Shown piece after piece: positions 1-12,161 of a DNA stretch of 64,000 nucleotides. Every line of letters starts with the position of its first letter. Position 1 is the stretch's first letter. The notes beneath the pieces are model-generated. The model made no database searches. It had not been told where the DNA came from and worked only from the letters and a program-made list of their open reading frames with translations. The stretch comes from Octopus sinensis (lineage: Eukaryota). Made by a program: the position numbers and the translations under genes. The DNA lies in NCBI RefSeq assembly GCF_006345805.1, contig NC_043005.1, positions 96,658,001 through 96,722,000 on the forward strand, given 5' to 3'.

Positions 1-278
1 GTTATTTATTGTGTCCTTTTCCTTATGGCAAATATTGATCTACCACATCTATTGATCTGTTATTTTCATGACTTCTCAGTTATAGTCCACTGTTAATTAT
101 AATGCGTTGTGACTTATTGTTCGACTACTTTTAGTGTTCTACTTCATACATCGATCTCTTACTTATATTGATCTGTTTGTACGTCTATTGCCATTTATGC
201 GACGTATTTTGTATTTATTTTTTAAATGTTGCTCCTTTTGTCACAAGCTAATAGTAATGTATTCTTTTTTTCCTCTAG

Positions 279-354
279 GTAAGTACTTCAACCAACTCCT
301 GAGGATTCATATACATATCATTCCCAAAGGTTTTGATTCCACCTTGTGCGGAGT
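279..354 (+). other. Candidate 76-nt exon or recursive-splice exon
   Basis: Acceptor TTCTTTTTTTCCTCTAG (AG 277-278) is followed directly by GTAAGT (279-284); a second GTAAGT lies at 355-360. One frame is open (GKYFNQLLRIHIHIIPKGFDSTLCG). No homology recognised. Confidence 0.35.
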
Positions 355-365
355 GTAAGTACAGC

Positions 366-420
<55 letters not shown>

Positions 421-541
421 ATACATACATGCATACATGCATACACACATCTTTAAATTAACTTATCGAAAGTGTAAGTTAAATATCATTGATTTCTTTA
501 CTGTTTTTTTTGTTTTTGTTTTTTGACTGTGTGTTTAACAG

Positions 542-691
542 CTGGGTCACATATATCCTTCATTGCAGTTGAGTGAAGGATCTTTCTATTGTCGGAATTG
601 TATTACATTTTTAGAGCTACTTCTTTCTATAAAAGAAAATTCTGGGCTTGTTAATGTTCCAAGCTGGTACGGTGGAACGGTGCTGGATTAA
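542..691 (+). other. Candidate exon of unknown gene
   Basis: T-rich tract ending TTTAACAG (AG 540-541), then 49 open codons in phase 0 (LGHIYPSLQLSEGSFYCRNC...WYGGTVLD*). No homology recognised. Confidence 0.2.
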
Positions 692-782
692 ATAATTAAT
701 TAGTCAAATAAGCAATTATTTATTAAAGTTATGCGTTCAAAATATATCCGGTGATTCTGTGTCAAGTTAGTTAAATTTTCGA

Positions 783-1037
783 GTCTATAGGTCTCTTTGC
801 TCGCGCTTATCTCGATTTTTATGGCGTGTAAACGACAGATGGTACAAGATTCTCTCGCTTCTAAAAAGGATGCCTGTCCAATTCAGAGTTAATCCACAAC
901 CACTACTGATATTTATTTCAGTTGCGTATATTCGAAGCACGTGAGCCGAAGTGTCTTGTTCAAGAACGCAATGTGTCACTCAGATCAGCATTGAAATCAA
1001 TGTCTTCAAGATCTTGAGACCAATACCGTAGCCTCTA
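783..1037 (-). mobile_element. Diverged tRNA-derived SINE related to family C
   Basis: Minus strand shows a degenerate tRNA-like head and TTCTTGAACAAGACACTT, similar to other copies in the window. Confidence 0.55.
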
Positions 1038-1544
1038 ATCTACTCACATTCACTGAAATCCGAAATAATTTGTCAAAAGCAATGCATTTTAATTTACGCA
1101 AATAATATTAAAAAAAGGAATGAATGACACTCCATTCAACTACTTTCAAATGAATGTGGAAATAAAACAATTTATATTTTCCGATATAAACTCCTCCATA
1201 TATTCATACACATAGTGTATGGCTTAGAAAACAACAGCTAAACACTGTGCTCTATTCTTATATTGTGCTATCCTCAACGACCTTACAGCAGTTTCCTTTC
1301 CCAGAAAATTGTTCTCTTATTTATTCTTGATTATACTTATTTAACTTTACTTTGCGTTTCTATTTTAAAACATAATTTCCGGTATAATTTACAAATTATT
1401 TCTAATTACATTTCATTATACTGTGTGAATATTTGCTTGGGTATATGTATGCACATGAGTATTAAAACATATATTATGTACACACATGTATCTATGTCTG
1501 TAGGTATATATATACATATAGGCATATACGTGTATACACACACA

Positions 1545-1650
1545 CACATGTATGTATGTATGTATGTATTTATGTATGTATGTATGTATGTATGTATGTA
1601 TGTATGTTTGTATGTATGTGTGTTTGTATGTATGTATGTATGTATGTATA
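1545..1650. repeat. (ATGT)n microsatellite
   Basis: Direct reading. Confidence 0.95.
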
Positions 1651-2580
1651 TGATCGTTAGTCATCGAAAATCCAAGCCCAATGACGAGATTTGAGACATT
1701 AAGGAGTACGTCTCATCAGTGGTTTTGTTATTCTTTGTGATTTAGAAATTAGTTCAAATTCTGTTGAATATATTATTACTTGATATTGTACCAGTGAACA
1801 AGTCGGCGACGCATGACGGAAATCTAATATTTAATAGTATATATTAATAATTCCGACTAAATCAAAAGTAAGTATAATAGTGTTTTAAATGGCGAACATG
1901 ATATCTTACGATACAGGTCTTACACACATATTTGCATATATACATTCAAACATACATTCGATAAAAGACTATCCTAGAATAAATATAGAGAATCCTTCTG
2001 TTACTAAATGCAAACACAAACATCGACGCTGGGAATATTGGTGGAACATTGCCATCAAAATATCTGTCGAGTGTAAACATAACAGAAAAAGAATATTCCG
2101 TAATATAAACCAGCTGATGTGAATGTCTCTAAAATTCAAAGAAAAATAAAATAACTTTGGACAACTGCTCCGAAACCACCAACTTCTATATTCAGATTAC
2201 AAATTCACACTTATACCAACAATAATTAGTGCACATGGTTTTGTGAGTAAATACCGAAGGGACAATCTGGATAAGCTAGGGTTTTCAGAAAAAGAAATCA
2301 ACCAAGTGACTCGCACAATGCAAACAATTTGCAAGTGGCACAGTAAAAATGTGCAAGACTTTTCTCAAGTTTAAAATTTGACATTGATTCTCTTATCTTC
2401 ATTCCAACGATGGACCTTTGTATCTTTGCTGGTACTTCGTCAGAGGAAAAGCCCAAATATTTAAAAACAGAAGGGAACACATACATACATACAAACATAC
2501 TTACAGCCATCCATCCATACGTACATCTATCCATCCATCCATCCATCCATCCATACATACATACATACATACATACATGT

Positions 2581-2900
2581 GGAAGCACTCCGTCGGTTAC
2601 GACGACGAGGGTTCCGGTTGATCCGAATCAACGGAACAGCCTGCTCGTGAAATTAACGTGTAAGTGGCTGAGCACTCCACAGACACGTGTACCCTTAACG
2701 TAGTTCTCGGGGATATTCAGCGTGACACAGAGAGTGACAAGGCCGGCCCTTTGAAATACAGGTACAACAGAAACAGGAAGTAAGAGTGAGAGAAAGTTGT
2801 GGTGAAAGAGTACAGCAGGGATCACCACCATCCCCTGCCGGAGCCTCGTGGAGCTTTTAGGTGTTTTCGCTCAATAAACACTCTTAACGCCCGGTCTGGG
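2581..2900 (-). mobile_element. SINE family C
   Basis: Body GCACTCCGTCGGTTACGACGACGAGG...GTGGCTGAGCACTCCACAGACACGTGTACCCTTAACGTAG recurs at 3478, 14280, 60995 and 61770. Confidence 0.9.
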
Positions 2901-2910
2901 AATCGAATCC

Positions 2911-3106
2911 ACATACATACATACATACATACATTCATACATACATACATACATACATACATACATACATACATACATACATACATACATACATACATAC
3001 ATACATACATACATACATACATACATACATACATACATACATACATACATACATACATACATACATACATACATACATACATACATACATACATACATAC
3101 ATACAT
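2911..3106. repeat. (ACAT)n microsatellite, about 195 bp
   Basis: Near-perfect tetranucleotide array. Confidence 0.97.
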
Positions 3107-3477
3107 AAACACATATAAGATGTATGTGCATTATATAAACAAGCTGTGCGTACTTTTAGGGCTCTACATACATATACAATTATATACAACCATGACGACT
3201 TTCTGAAGCTTAGAGTCATCTTCAAAGGTTTTATTTTGTTATGTTTGATGACATTTTTAGTAGCTTTCATGTAAGTAAATCCCCTCAGAAGGCTTTGGTC
3301 AGTTCGAGGCTATAGCAGAAGACACCTGCCCAAGGGGCCACGCAATGGGACTGAATCAGGAACCATGTGGTTGGGGAGCAAGCTTCTTACCACACAACCA
3401 CTCCTGTACTTTTATATATATATATACACACATACATCCATACACACATACATCCATACATACATACATACACACAT

Positions 3478-3860
3478 AGGAGCACTCCGTCGGTTGCGAC
3501 GATGAGGGTCCCAGCTGATACGATCAACGGAACAGCTTGCTCGTGATATTAACGTGCAAGTGGCTGAGCACTCCACAGACACGTGTACCCTTAACGTAGT
3601 TCTCGAGGAGATTCAGCGTGACACACAGAATGTGACAAGGCTGGCCCTTTGAAATACAGGTACAAGAGAAACAGGAAGAAAGAGTGAGAGAAAGTTGTGA
3701 TGAAAGAGTACAGCAGGGATCACCACCACCCCCTGCCGGAGCCTCGTGAAGCTTTAGGTGTTTTCGCTCAATAAACACTCACAATGCCCGGTCTGGGAAT
3801 CGAAACCGCGATCCTCCGACCGCGAGTCCGCTGCCCTAACCACTGGGCCATTGCACCTCC
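3478..3860 (-). mobile_element. SINE family C, near full length
   Basis: Highly similar to 2581-2900; minus-strand head TGGAGGTGCAATGGCCCAGTGGTTAGGGCAGCGGACTCGCGG...GGTTTCGATTCCC has A- and B-box-like motifs. Confidence 0.92.
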
Positions 3861-3901
3861 AATACACACACACACACACACACACGCACACACACACACA
3901 T

Positions 3902-3952
<51 letters not shown>

Positions 3953-3963
3953 CATATATATAT

Positions 3964-5075
3964 GCCCGATACTGTACCGTGAGAAACAGCACTGATGACT
4001 TTTGTTGGTCTTCAAGTGAATTCTTTCGATCCCATCGTGTTATGTTAATCCTCTGCAGAAGCTTCTCACGGATTCCAATTCTGGATAGTTTGTTCAGCAG
4101 AATGTTGTGGTCGACTCTCGAAAATTTCTCTGGGGACAAGATAAATGACATCTGTGTCGGAACTCTCTCCCTAAGAATTAAAATATTAAAGTGGTATAGA
4201 AGAAATCTCTGCTATTATGAAAATTGTGCTGATTGCGGTCTTGGAGGAGATTTCTCTGTAGGAGAGCATTTTTTTAATCACTTTCTGTCAATGTTTAACT
4301 ATATGCGAGGTTAGTGAGATTGGACGGCAGTTCGCAGCAAGTAAATAAATTATCTCTTGAAAAATTAGCATGACAGACTAGGAGAGAAATGTTCAGGTTT
4401 GAAACCTTAGTTCAGTGATTTCCTTCAGAGGCTAGCAGGAGGAGCAGCAACTTGATATCTGCATTCCTCCAGGAAACAGGTGAGGAATTATTCAGGATCT
4501 GTGCTAAACTGAGTTCCATTTTTGAAATCGCTGCAATGCATGTTCACAGTGCTGAAAGATACACGGAGGATATGCTCAAGGTTTACTTCATCAATATTGC
4601 CCACGTCGACCGCATCAGAATAACTGAAAACCGAGCAACGTTTCTTCTGAAGAATCTCCATTTCTTTAGAATCATTTAGAAAAAAAATGCTTCCCTCCAT
4701 TAGTGGTCTGATGGATGAAATACAGACCCTATGCTTTTTTCGTTTTGCAAATGAATAAATATTGATATTATACCTAATTATTCCAATGACCCAGTATTCT
4801 TTAGTGGTTAATTGGTTATTAATGAGGCCCTCATACAATTCTAAAGATTCCCCCACCTTTTTATTCGATTCTTGCGTTGTTACTACCCTCGAAAATGGGT
4901 GCTGTATTTTATAAAGATATTTTAACAATACACCGGTCATATATGTACACATTTCCTCACAGAGTAGCCATGCTATTTGAGCCCTAATGACTGCTCCAAC
5001 GAGATTGGTACCCCATACAAATCTGTCTGATTCCTGCCCTATATGACTTTGAAACTTGAAGTAGCTCACGTACAA
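3964..5075 (-). mobile_element. Decayed CR1/L2-type LINE ORF2 (linker plus RT N-terminal half)
   Basis: Collinear disrupted motifs: YSFAKRKK...SSIRPL, FLEECRYQVAAP, NCRPISLTSHIVK, RVDHNILLNKLSRIGIREKLLQ, and KVISAVSHGTVSG (compare VISGVPQGTVLGP). Confidence 0.85.
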
Positions 5076-5176
5076 CTATCCTTATTAAAATGATATTTAG
5101 CTCTCACTGCATTTGAATACCTTTTGGCTGATCTTATCAACAAGTGAAAATTACACTATATATAGATATTTATATT

Positions 5177-5225
<49 letters not shown>

Positions 5226-5484
5226 ACAAAATGGGACAACAAAACATCCAGATAGATGATACAAAGAAAACAAGGACGGGTCATTCGGAGTTTTCTTTCC
5301 TCAGTCGACTTCCAGATTATCTTTGCAACTGCGGCTGGTTATACTTGAGATTGCTCCAATATGGCCAGTCCCAAGGAAAAACTAAGCTAAGAGCATTAGT
5401 CTCCTTGGAAGAAATCACCGAATGTATACGAAAACAAAGACGGAATAAAAATGGAGAATCTTACACAAATACAAATAACAGGAC

Positions 5485-5750
5485 TCTTTTATTCTTTTAC
5501 TTGTTTCAGTCATTTTGACTGTGGCCATGCTAGAGCGCCGCCTTTAGTCGAACAAATCGACCCCAGGACTTATTCTTTGTAAGTCTGGTACTTATTGCAT
5601 GTGTGTCTTTTGCCGAATTGATAAGTTACGGTTACGTAAACACCACAATATCGGTTGTCAAGCGATGGTGGGGAAAACAGACACACAAATACATATATAT
5701 ACGAGGGGCTTCTTAAGTTTCCGTCTACCAAATCCACTCACAAGGCTTTG
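5485..5750 (-). mobile_element. SINE family B, 3' part
   Basis: Matches other copies: TTTTACTTGTTTCAGTCATTTTGACTGTGGCCATGCT...TTTCCGTCTACCAAATCCACTCACAAGGCTTTGG. Confidence 0.9.
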
Positions 5751-6115
5751 GGGTGGGGTAGTGGGGTGGGATGTGTAGGGGTGTTGTGTGGATGGAGGAG
5801 GTAACGATGAAGGGAGAAGAAAGGAGTCAGATGAAGAGGGGAGGAGAGTTGAGCCCATGTCGCGCGCAAAGGAGGGAAGAGTGAGGTTTAATTCCTGTTC
5901 ATGGCGAAGGCGGGAGTCCGGATGGCTCATGTGCAAGGATAATCCAAACACAGACAGGTGTTGTAATGAATGACCTGTAGAGCGGAAATGGCGCGAGACC
6001 GGAGTGTCGTTGCTGAGTCTAATGTCAGCCAAGCGGCGTCCCGTTTGACCGATGTAATGAGAAGGGCAGATAGAGCAGGTGATGTAGTAAATGACGTTGC
6101 TATAAGTGCATGTAC
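5750..6115 (-). mobile_element. Penelope-like element, GIY-YIG endonuclease fragment plus C-rich tail
   Basis: TCTYSNVIYYITCSICPSHYIGQTGRRLAD...TPVSRHF...GHS...EQEL is typical of Penelope GIY-YIG domains, with an apparent internal deletion of the EH segment. Confidence 0.85.
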
Positions 6116-6511
6116 ACACATAACCCTGTATGTATATATGTATGCATTTATGTGCTCATCTGTATGTTTATACATACATGATTATACAGATATATATATA
6201 TATTAAACCTTGATTTTTGCATTTATAACTATACATAAAGCAAACTAATATGTCAGTGTGTGTATATGTGTGTATATATGTAAATATATGTATACGCACA
6301 CATATGTATAAGGAATAAACCCCACAAGAACTTAGAGAATCCGTCCCGACTCAAAAAGTGTCCAACTAATAATTATGAAAATTTCTAATTTACTTGGAGT
6401 TACGACCGACAACATCATTTCTATAATGAACAAATAAAACGGAAAAAAGGCTAACTTTTGACACGTCCTAAAATGGAAACACGTGTATTATTATTAATAC
6501 TACTACTTCTA

Positions 6512-6870
6512 AGGTGACGAGCTGGCAGAATCGTTAGCACGCCGGGCGAAATGCTTAGCCTTATTTCCTCTGCCGCTACGTTCTGAGTTCAAATTCCGCC
6601 GAGGTCGACTTTGCCTTTCATCCTTTCGGGGTCGATTGAATAAGTACCAGTTACGCACTGGAGTCGATATAATCGACTTAATCCGTTTGTCTGTCCTTGT
6701 TTGTCCTCTCTGTGTTTAGCCCATTGTGGGTAGTAAAGAAATAGGTATTTCGCCCGTTGCAACGTTCTGAGTTCAAATTCCGCCGAGGTCGACTTTGCCT
6801 TTCGTCCTCGCGGAATCGATAAAATAAGTACCTGTTGAACAATGAGGTCGATGTAATCGACTCATCCCCA
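6512..6870 (+). mobile_element. SINE family A, one full copy plus a tandem partial copy
   Basis: Head GGTGACGAGCTGGCAGAATCGTTAGC, B-box GAGTTCAAATTCC, core GAGGTCGACTTTGCCTTTCATCCTTTCGGGGTCGAT. Confidence 0.92.
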
Positions 6871-6997
6871 CCTGCCCCGTGGAAAAAATTTTAAATAATT
6901 ATTACTGCTGCTGCTGCTGATGATGATGATGACGATGATGCTACTACTACTTCTACCATTGATACCGCTGTTGTTGATACTGCTGCTGATGATGCAA

Positions 6998-7034
<37 letters not shown>

Positions 7035-7269
7035 ACTACTACTACTACTTACTATGTGTGTGTGTGTGGGAGGTGTCAATTAAGTTCTCTGTAAATATGT
7101 GTGTGAAGGTGAAGGTCTTCTACTCTAGTATTATAATCTCTGCGTTCTGATTGGTTCCCATTCCAGCTGTTATTGATTTCATAGTTCAGTAATGAACACC
7201 TCTGCCTGCAAATGTTTTAACTGTTTCTTAGGTCGCAGCTGTTGTTCACTCTTCTACACACGCTGAATG

Positions 7270-8010
7270 GTGGCGGTGGACGCAGTGGCCGGCGGTGGTG
7301 GCCGTGGTATTGGGGATTGTGGTTGTGGTGGTGGAGATGGCGGCTGATGGGGGAACGTGTACTGTCTACGGTAATGCTGTTACTAGTAGTGATAGTAGTG
7401 GTAGTAGTGTTGTAAATGGTAACGGTAGTGGTTGTAGTATGAATATGATACTGTTGTTATCATCTGTAATGGTTGTGGTCATGGTGGTAGTAATGTTATT
7501 TTTGTTGGCAGTTGTGCTGTTTGTTGTGGTGGTGTTATTTGTAGTAGCGTTGTTGTAGTAGTTGTTACTATCGTCGTTGTTGTTGTCGGTAGTGGTGGTC
7601 ATGATGGCAACGTCTTTATTGTAGCTAGTGGTAGAAGTGTTAGTATTGGTAGTGGTAGTATCGGTAATGGTAGTGGTAATGTCATTAGTGGTGTTAGTAG
7701 CATTGTTGGTTACGGCTGTTGTGTTAGAGGTAGCGGTAGTTGTGGTGGTGTTCGTAGTGTTGTTCGTTGTAGTGGCGGACTTAGTACCAGTTGTATCGTT
7801 GATAGCAATTAAGGTCGTAGTATAAATGTCGTTATTTTACTTGTAGCGGTAATAGTGTTTGTGTGGTGGTGTTTTATAGTCTCGTTTGATTGTAGTAGTA
7901 GTTGTTATGGTGGTAGTGTCTGTGGTGATAGGGATGTAGTGATGCTTATTATTCAAGGAAGTGGTAGCGGAATGCTGTAGTTGTTATTGTTGTTGCCTGA
8001 GTAACAGTGT
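7270..8010. repeat. Degenerate GGT/GTA/GTT trinucleotide mosaic
   Basis: G/T-rich, C-poor triplet mosaic. Confidence 0.9.
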
Positions 8011-8029
8011 GCGTGAAATGGTAAAGATT

Positions 8030-8755
8030 GAAGAGTGAGCTGGCAGAATCGTTAGCACGCCGGACAAAATGCTTAGCTGCATTTCATCCGTCTTTACGTT
8101 ATGAGTTCAAATGCCGCCGGGGTCGACTTTGCCTTTCATCCTTTCGGGGTCGAGGAAATAAGTACCAGTTACACACACTGGACGAAATACTTAGCGGTAT
8201 TTCGCCCATCGCTACGTTCTGAGTCCAAATTCAGCCCAGATCAACTTTGCCGTTCATCCTATCGGTGTCGTTAAATTAAATAGCGGTGAAACACTAGGGT
8301 CGATGTAATCGTCCAGTCATGACCCCTCCACCTAAATTTCAAACCGTGTACTTCTAGTAGAAAGGATCATTTACGTTCTGATTTCAATTTCAATTGAGGT
8401 CGACTTTGCCTTTCCTCATTTCGGAGTCGATAAACTAAGTATGAATGAACCACTGGGGTTGATGTAATCGACTAGCCAATCTCCCCTGTAATTTCAGGCC
8501 TTGTGCCTTAAGCAGAAAGGCTTGTTGTTGTGGTTGTTGTTGTTAAGGTGGCGAGCTCACGGAATGGTTAGCAGGCCGATCAAAACACTTAGAGGTATTT
8601 CGTCCGACTTCACGTGGTGAGTTCAAATTCTGGCCAGGTCGACTTTGCTTTTTATCCTTTTTGGGGTCGATAAAATAAGTACCAACTGAACCCTGGAGTT
8701 GATATAATCTTACCCGAAATTGCCGGCCTTGTGCCAGAATTTGAAACCATTATTA
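8030..8755 (+). mobile_element. Head-to-tail cluster of 4-5 SINE-A units
   Basis: Repeated TTTGCC(T/G)TTC...TCGAT(A/G)AA cores near 8120, 8245, 8400 and 8640. Confidence 0.85.
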
Positions 8756-8769
8756 TTCTTATCGTGGTT

Positions 8770-9187
8770 GCTGTTAGTAGTAGTGGTGGTGGTGGTGGTT
8801 GTTTTTACTTCATGTGATGTGTATTGTCATTGTGGTGATGGTGGTGGTGACGTTGGTGATGATGATAATGGTGAGGATGATGATGACGACGACGAAGACG
8901 AAGACGACAACAGTGACAATGTTGCTACTGCTGCTGCTGCTGATGATGATGATGATGACGACGACGGTGGTGGCGCAAAAGCAGTGAAGATGATTATTAT
9001 GTTGAAGGTGGTGGTGGTGGTGGTGGTGCTGCTGCTGCTGGTGGTTTTGCTGCCTTTGGTACTGCTGCTACTACTACTACGTCTACTGCTGATGTTGTTG
9101 CTGCTGATATGATGACGATGATGATGGTGGTAGTGGTGGTGGTGGTGGTGGTGGTGATGATGATGATGATGATGATGATGAAGATGA

Positions 9188-9220
<33 letters not shown>

Positions 9221-9281
9221 TGATGATGATGATAATGATGACTCTTGATGATGACGGTGGCGATGCTACAGTTACTGCCCC

Positions 9282-9331
<50 letters not shown>

Positions 9332-10076
9332 ATAATGTTTATGATGACGATAATGTTTGCGTTAGAGGTGATAATGTTTAGCCGTAATGCTGGTGGTGAT
9401 TGAGATTGCGCTATTACTGCTATAGTCGCTTCCGGTGCAGTAACTGCTGCTGCTGCTGCTCTTGTGGCTGGTGCAGTTACTGCTGTAGTTGTTGCTGTTG
9501 CTACCTGCATTACATTGACTGCAGCTGTTGTTATTGCCGATACTATCACTGCTGGCAATGACGATAGTGCTGCTAATATAGTTGATATATGCTGTTAGTA
9601 AAACGCTGATGAAGATGGTGGCAGTGGGAGTAGTGGTGGTTGTCGTGGTAGTTGTAGTAGTGGTAATATTGGCCATACTAGTACTGATGGCGGAGGCTGT
9701 GATAGTTAAGGTGGTAGTGACTGTAGTGGTGATGAGAGAGATGGCAGTAGCTGTGGTGGTGGTGGTGGTGGTGGCGGTGGTGGTGGTGGTGGTGGTGGTG
9801 GTGGTGGTGGTGGTTGATGGTGGTGGTGGTGGTGGTGGCGGTGGTGGTGGTGGTGGTGGTGGTGGTGGTGGTGGTAGTTATGTTTATGATGGTGATGTTT
9901 ATAATGTTAATGATAGCGGTGGTGGCGGCGGCGGCGTTTGAACGTAATGCTGGCACTTATATACTGAAGGTAGTAATAGCGTTGGTCATCATAGCAGTGG
10001 TGCTGAGAGTGGTAGCTGAGATGGTAGTACTGATAATGATGGTGATGACCGATGACGAGGAGGAGGAGGAGGAGGT

Positions 10077-10107
<31 letters not shown>

Positions 10108-10141
10108 TGTTGTAGTAGTAGTGGTAGTAGTAGTAGTAGTG

Positions 10142-10179
<38 letters not shown>

Positions 10180-10250
10180 GGTGGTGGTGGTGACGACGTT
10201 CTAGATGTTTACAGTTGTTCAACAGATGTTACAGAGGTTTGTTGGTGATT
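8770..10250. repeat. About 1.5-kb mosaic of (GGT)n, (GAT)n, (GAC)n, (GCT)n and (GTA)n
   Basis: Direct reading; source of poly-V/H/S/T/M ORFs on both strands. Confidence 0.93.
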
Positions 10251-10423
10251 GTTATGTAAAATACATAATGTGATGTGTTGATATGGTAACTTTATTGACA
10301 ATATCGTCTCATGCATATCTAGGTGTTCTCTCTCTCCCCCCTCTCTCTCTCTTTCTTTTTATCTTTCTGCTACTCTCTAACTCTCCTTCTCCTCTTTTTA
10401 TGATGGTAAAATGTGATTCAAAA

Positions 10424-10692
10424 TAGAGACCCCCAATCACCGGACCAAGGAGAAGTGTGGAGCCGTGGATCATTTTGTACCGGGTCGCACAAAGAGAATA
10501 ACTTTTAAAATTTCATTTCTATTTTATGGCCTATCACAGGGTATCTTTGCATTATATACCTATTATATATGTAATAATTAAATTATGTATTATGTACTTT
10601 ATGGTGTTTTGTTACGAGCAGGGTTCCCTGGACTGTGAGAAAATTGTCATGCATGAAACCGGCCCTTGCGCAAAGACGTTTGGGGACCGTTG
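10424..10692. mobile_element. Old hAT-type MITE
   Basis: Degenerate TIRs TAGAGACCCCCAA and TTGGGGACCGTTG; flanking 8-mers ATTCAAAA and ATTTTAAA match at 6/8, consistent with a decayed 8-bp TSD. Confidence 0.6.
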
Positions 10693-11029
10693 ATTTTAAA
10701 GGAAAGATAGCTGTTACATCTAGCACATTCAGAAATCGCATAGAGTAAGAGTGAAGAACCTTTCTAAAACGGCAAAATATCAGTTACATTCTCATTTCAA
10801 ACATCCCAGTAGTGAAGATTCTAAGAACTCATACGGCAACAAATAAATAAATAATCTTTTATACTATAGTTACAGAGCCTGAAAGTTTGGGGACTTATAT
10901 TATCGACCCTCAAAAGGATATATGGCAAAGTCGACCTGGGTGGACCAACAGAAATGAAGCATTTTGTCTGAGGCGCTAACTATTTTGCCAGCTCGTCGCC
11001 TTTATAATAATAATAATAATAATAATAAC

Positions 11030-11073
<44 letters not shown>

Positions 11074-11159
11074 CAACAACAACAACAATAATAATAATGA
11101 TAAAAAAATAATAATAATAATAATAACACCACCACCACAACAACAACAATAATAATAAT

Positions 11160-11630
11160 AAAAACTGATTGGAAGTATTATCATGTACATTGTTTTGTCT
11201 TGGTATAAAAGATGGGCTACAGCAAATATTCTGCTCAATACCACATATTTGCTTGTTAGTGGAGCATGTCCCTTCGTGGCTGACGATATGTGCATCTCTG
11301 ATTACGAGCAAAAGTGTTGAAAGGAATTCTTTAGGGTTTGGATAATTCACCTTTGGAAACATGGGTGTTTTGCTCAACATTCTTAAACAACTCTTATTCA
11401 GGGACCCTTTGTGCGGGATGAGCTAATCGACCTGAAGAAAACTCTAACTTGGTCCCACCTGCAAGGTCATGTGCTGTTTATCTTGATATGAGATCACCAT
11501 GACGCGCACATATGGTTGTGATGCATGTGCCTAGTGTAACCCTTATCAGACGGGTAGTCATGATGGGTATACTGGGCTTCGTATATTTTACCCCACTGTC
11601 ACCTTGATGGCATGTACTGCTCTCTCACTC
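11160..11630 (+). mobile_element. Interspersed retroposon (family D) flanked by (AAT)n
   Basis: 3' part recurs inverted at 25160-25365; ends CTCTCTCACTC(AAT)n. Confidence 0.8.
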
Positions 11631-11648
11631 AATAATAATAATAATAAG

Positions 11649-11813
<165 letters not shown>

Positions 11814-11959
11814 GACTCTTCTATCGAAGATGACGTATGAGTGTTCAACTTTTGCCGAACGACCTGCACAAATGATTTGTTTATTGTGATCAAATGTTTG
11901 TACCGCACATTGGGCTCGCTCACGACTTCAAATCGACATTCCCTGAACAGGTGCGCGGT

Positions 11960-12111
11960 GAATCATGCGTCAGCTGTGGACGTGATCGCAGAGTAACGCG
12001 GGATGAAGTGTTTTTCTTAAGAACACAACGCACCGCCCGGTGTAGGAATTGAAACCACGCTCTTGCGATCGTGAGTATATCACCCTAACCACCAGGCCAA
12101 TAATAATAATG

Positions 12112-12161
<50 letters not shown>

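Noticed and set aside
1670-1725. Minus-strand CTGATGA-GAC...GTC hammerhead-like motif
   Set aside because: GAAA is replaced by TCAAA and stem I does not close.
1889-2500. Several possible splice-bounded open segments on both strands
   Set aside because: Weak signals, incompatible phases and no recognisable product.
1263-3270. ORFs such as MYVCMYVC... and HTYIHTYI..., here and throughout the window
   Set aside because: Translations of (ATGT)n, (TA)n and (CA)n microsatellites.
3780-3860. tRNA-like sequences with A and B boxes, also at other SINE heads
   Set aside because: They run directly into SINE bodies and I could not form complete cloverleafs; not tRNA genes.
7070-7215. 45-codon minus frame after a TTTGCAG acceptor (RQRCSLLNYEINNSW...)
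   Set aside because: Length is within chance expectation and no homology recognised.
8030-8755. Regularly recurring motif suggestive of a CRISPR array
   Set aside because: Units are diverged SINE copies without constant repeat-spacer structure; eukaryotic context and no cas genes.
8720-10248. Long poly-V/H/S/T ORFs up to 243 aa
   Set aside because: Trinucleotide mosaics are stop-free on both strands; no domain or splice evidence.
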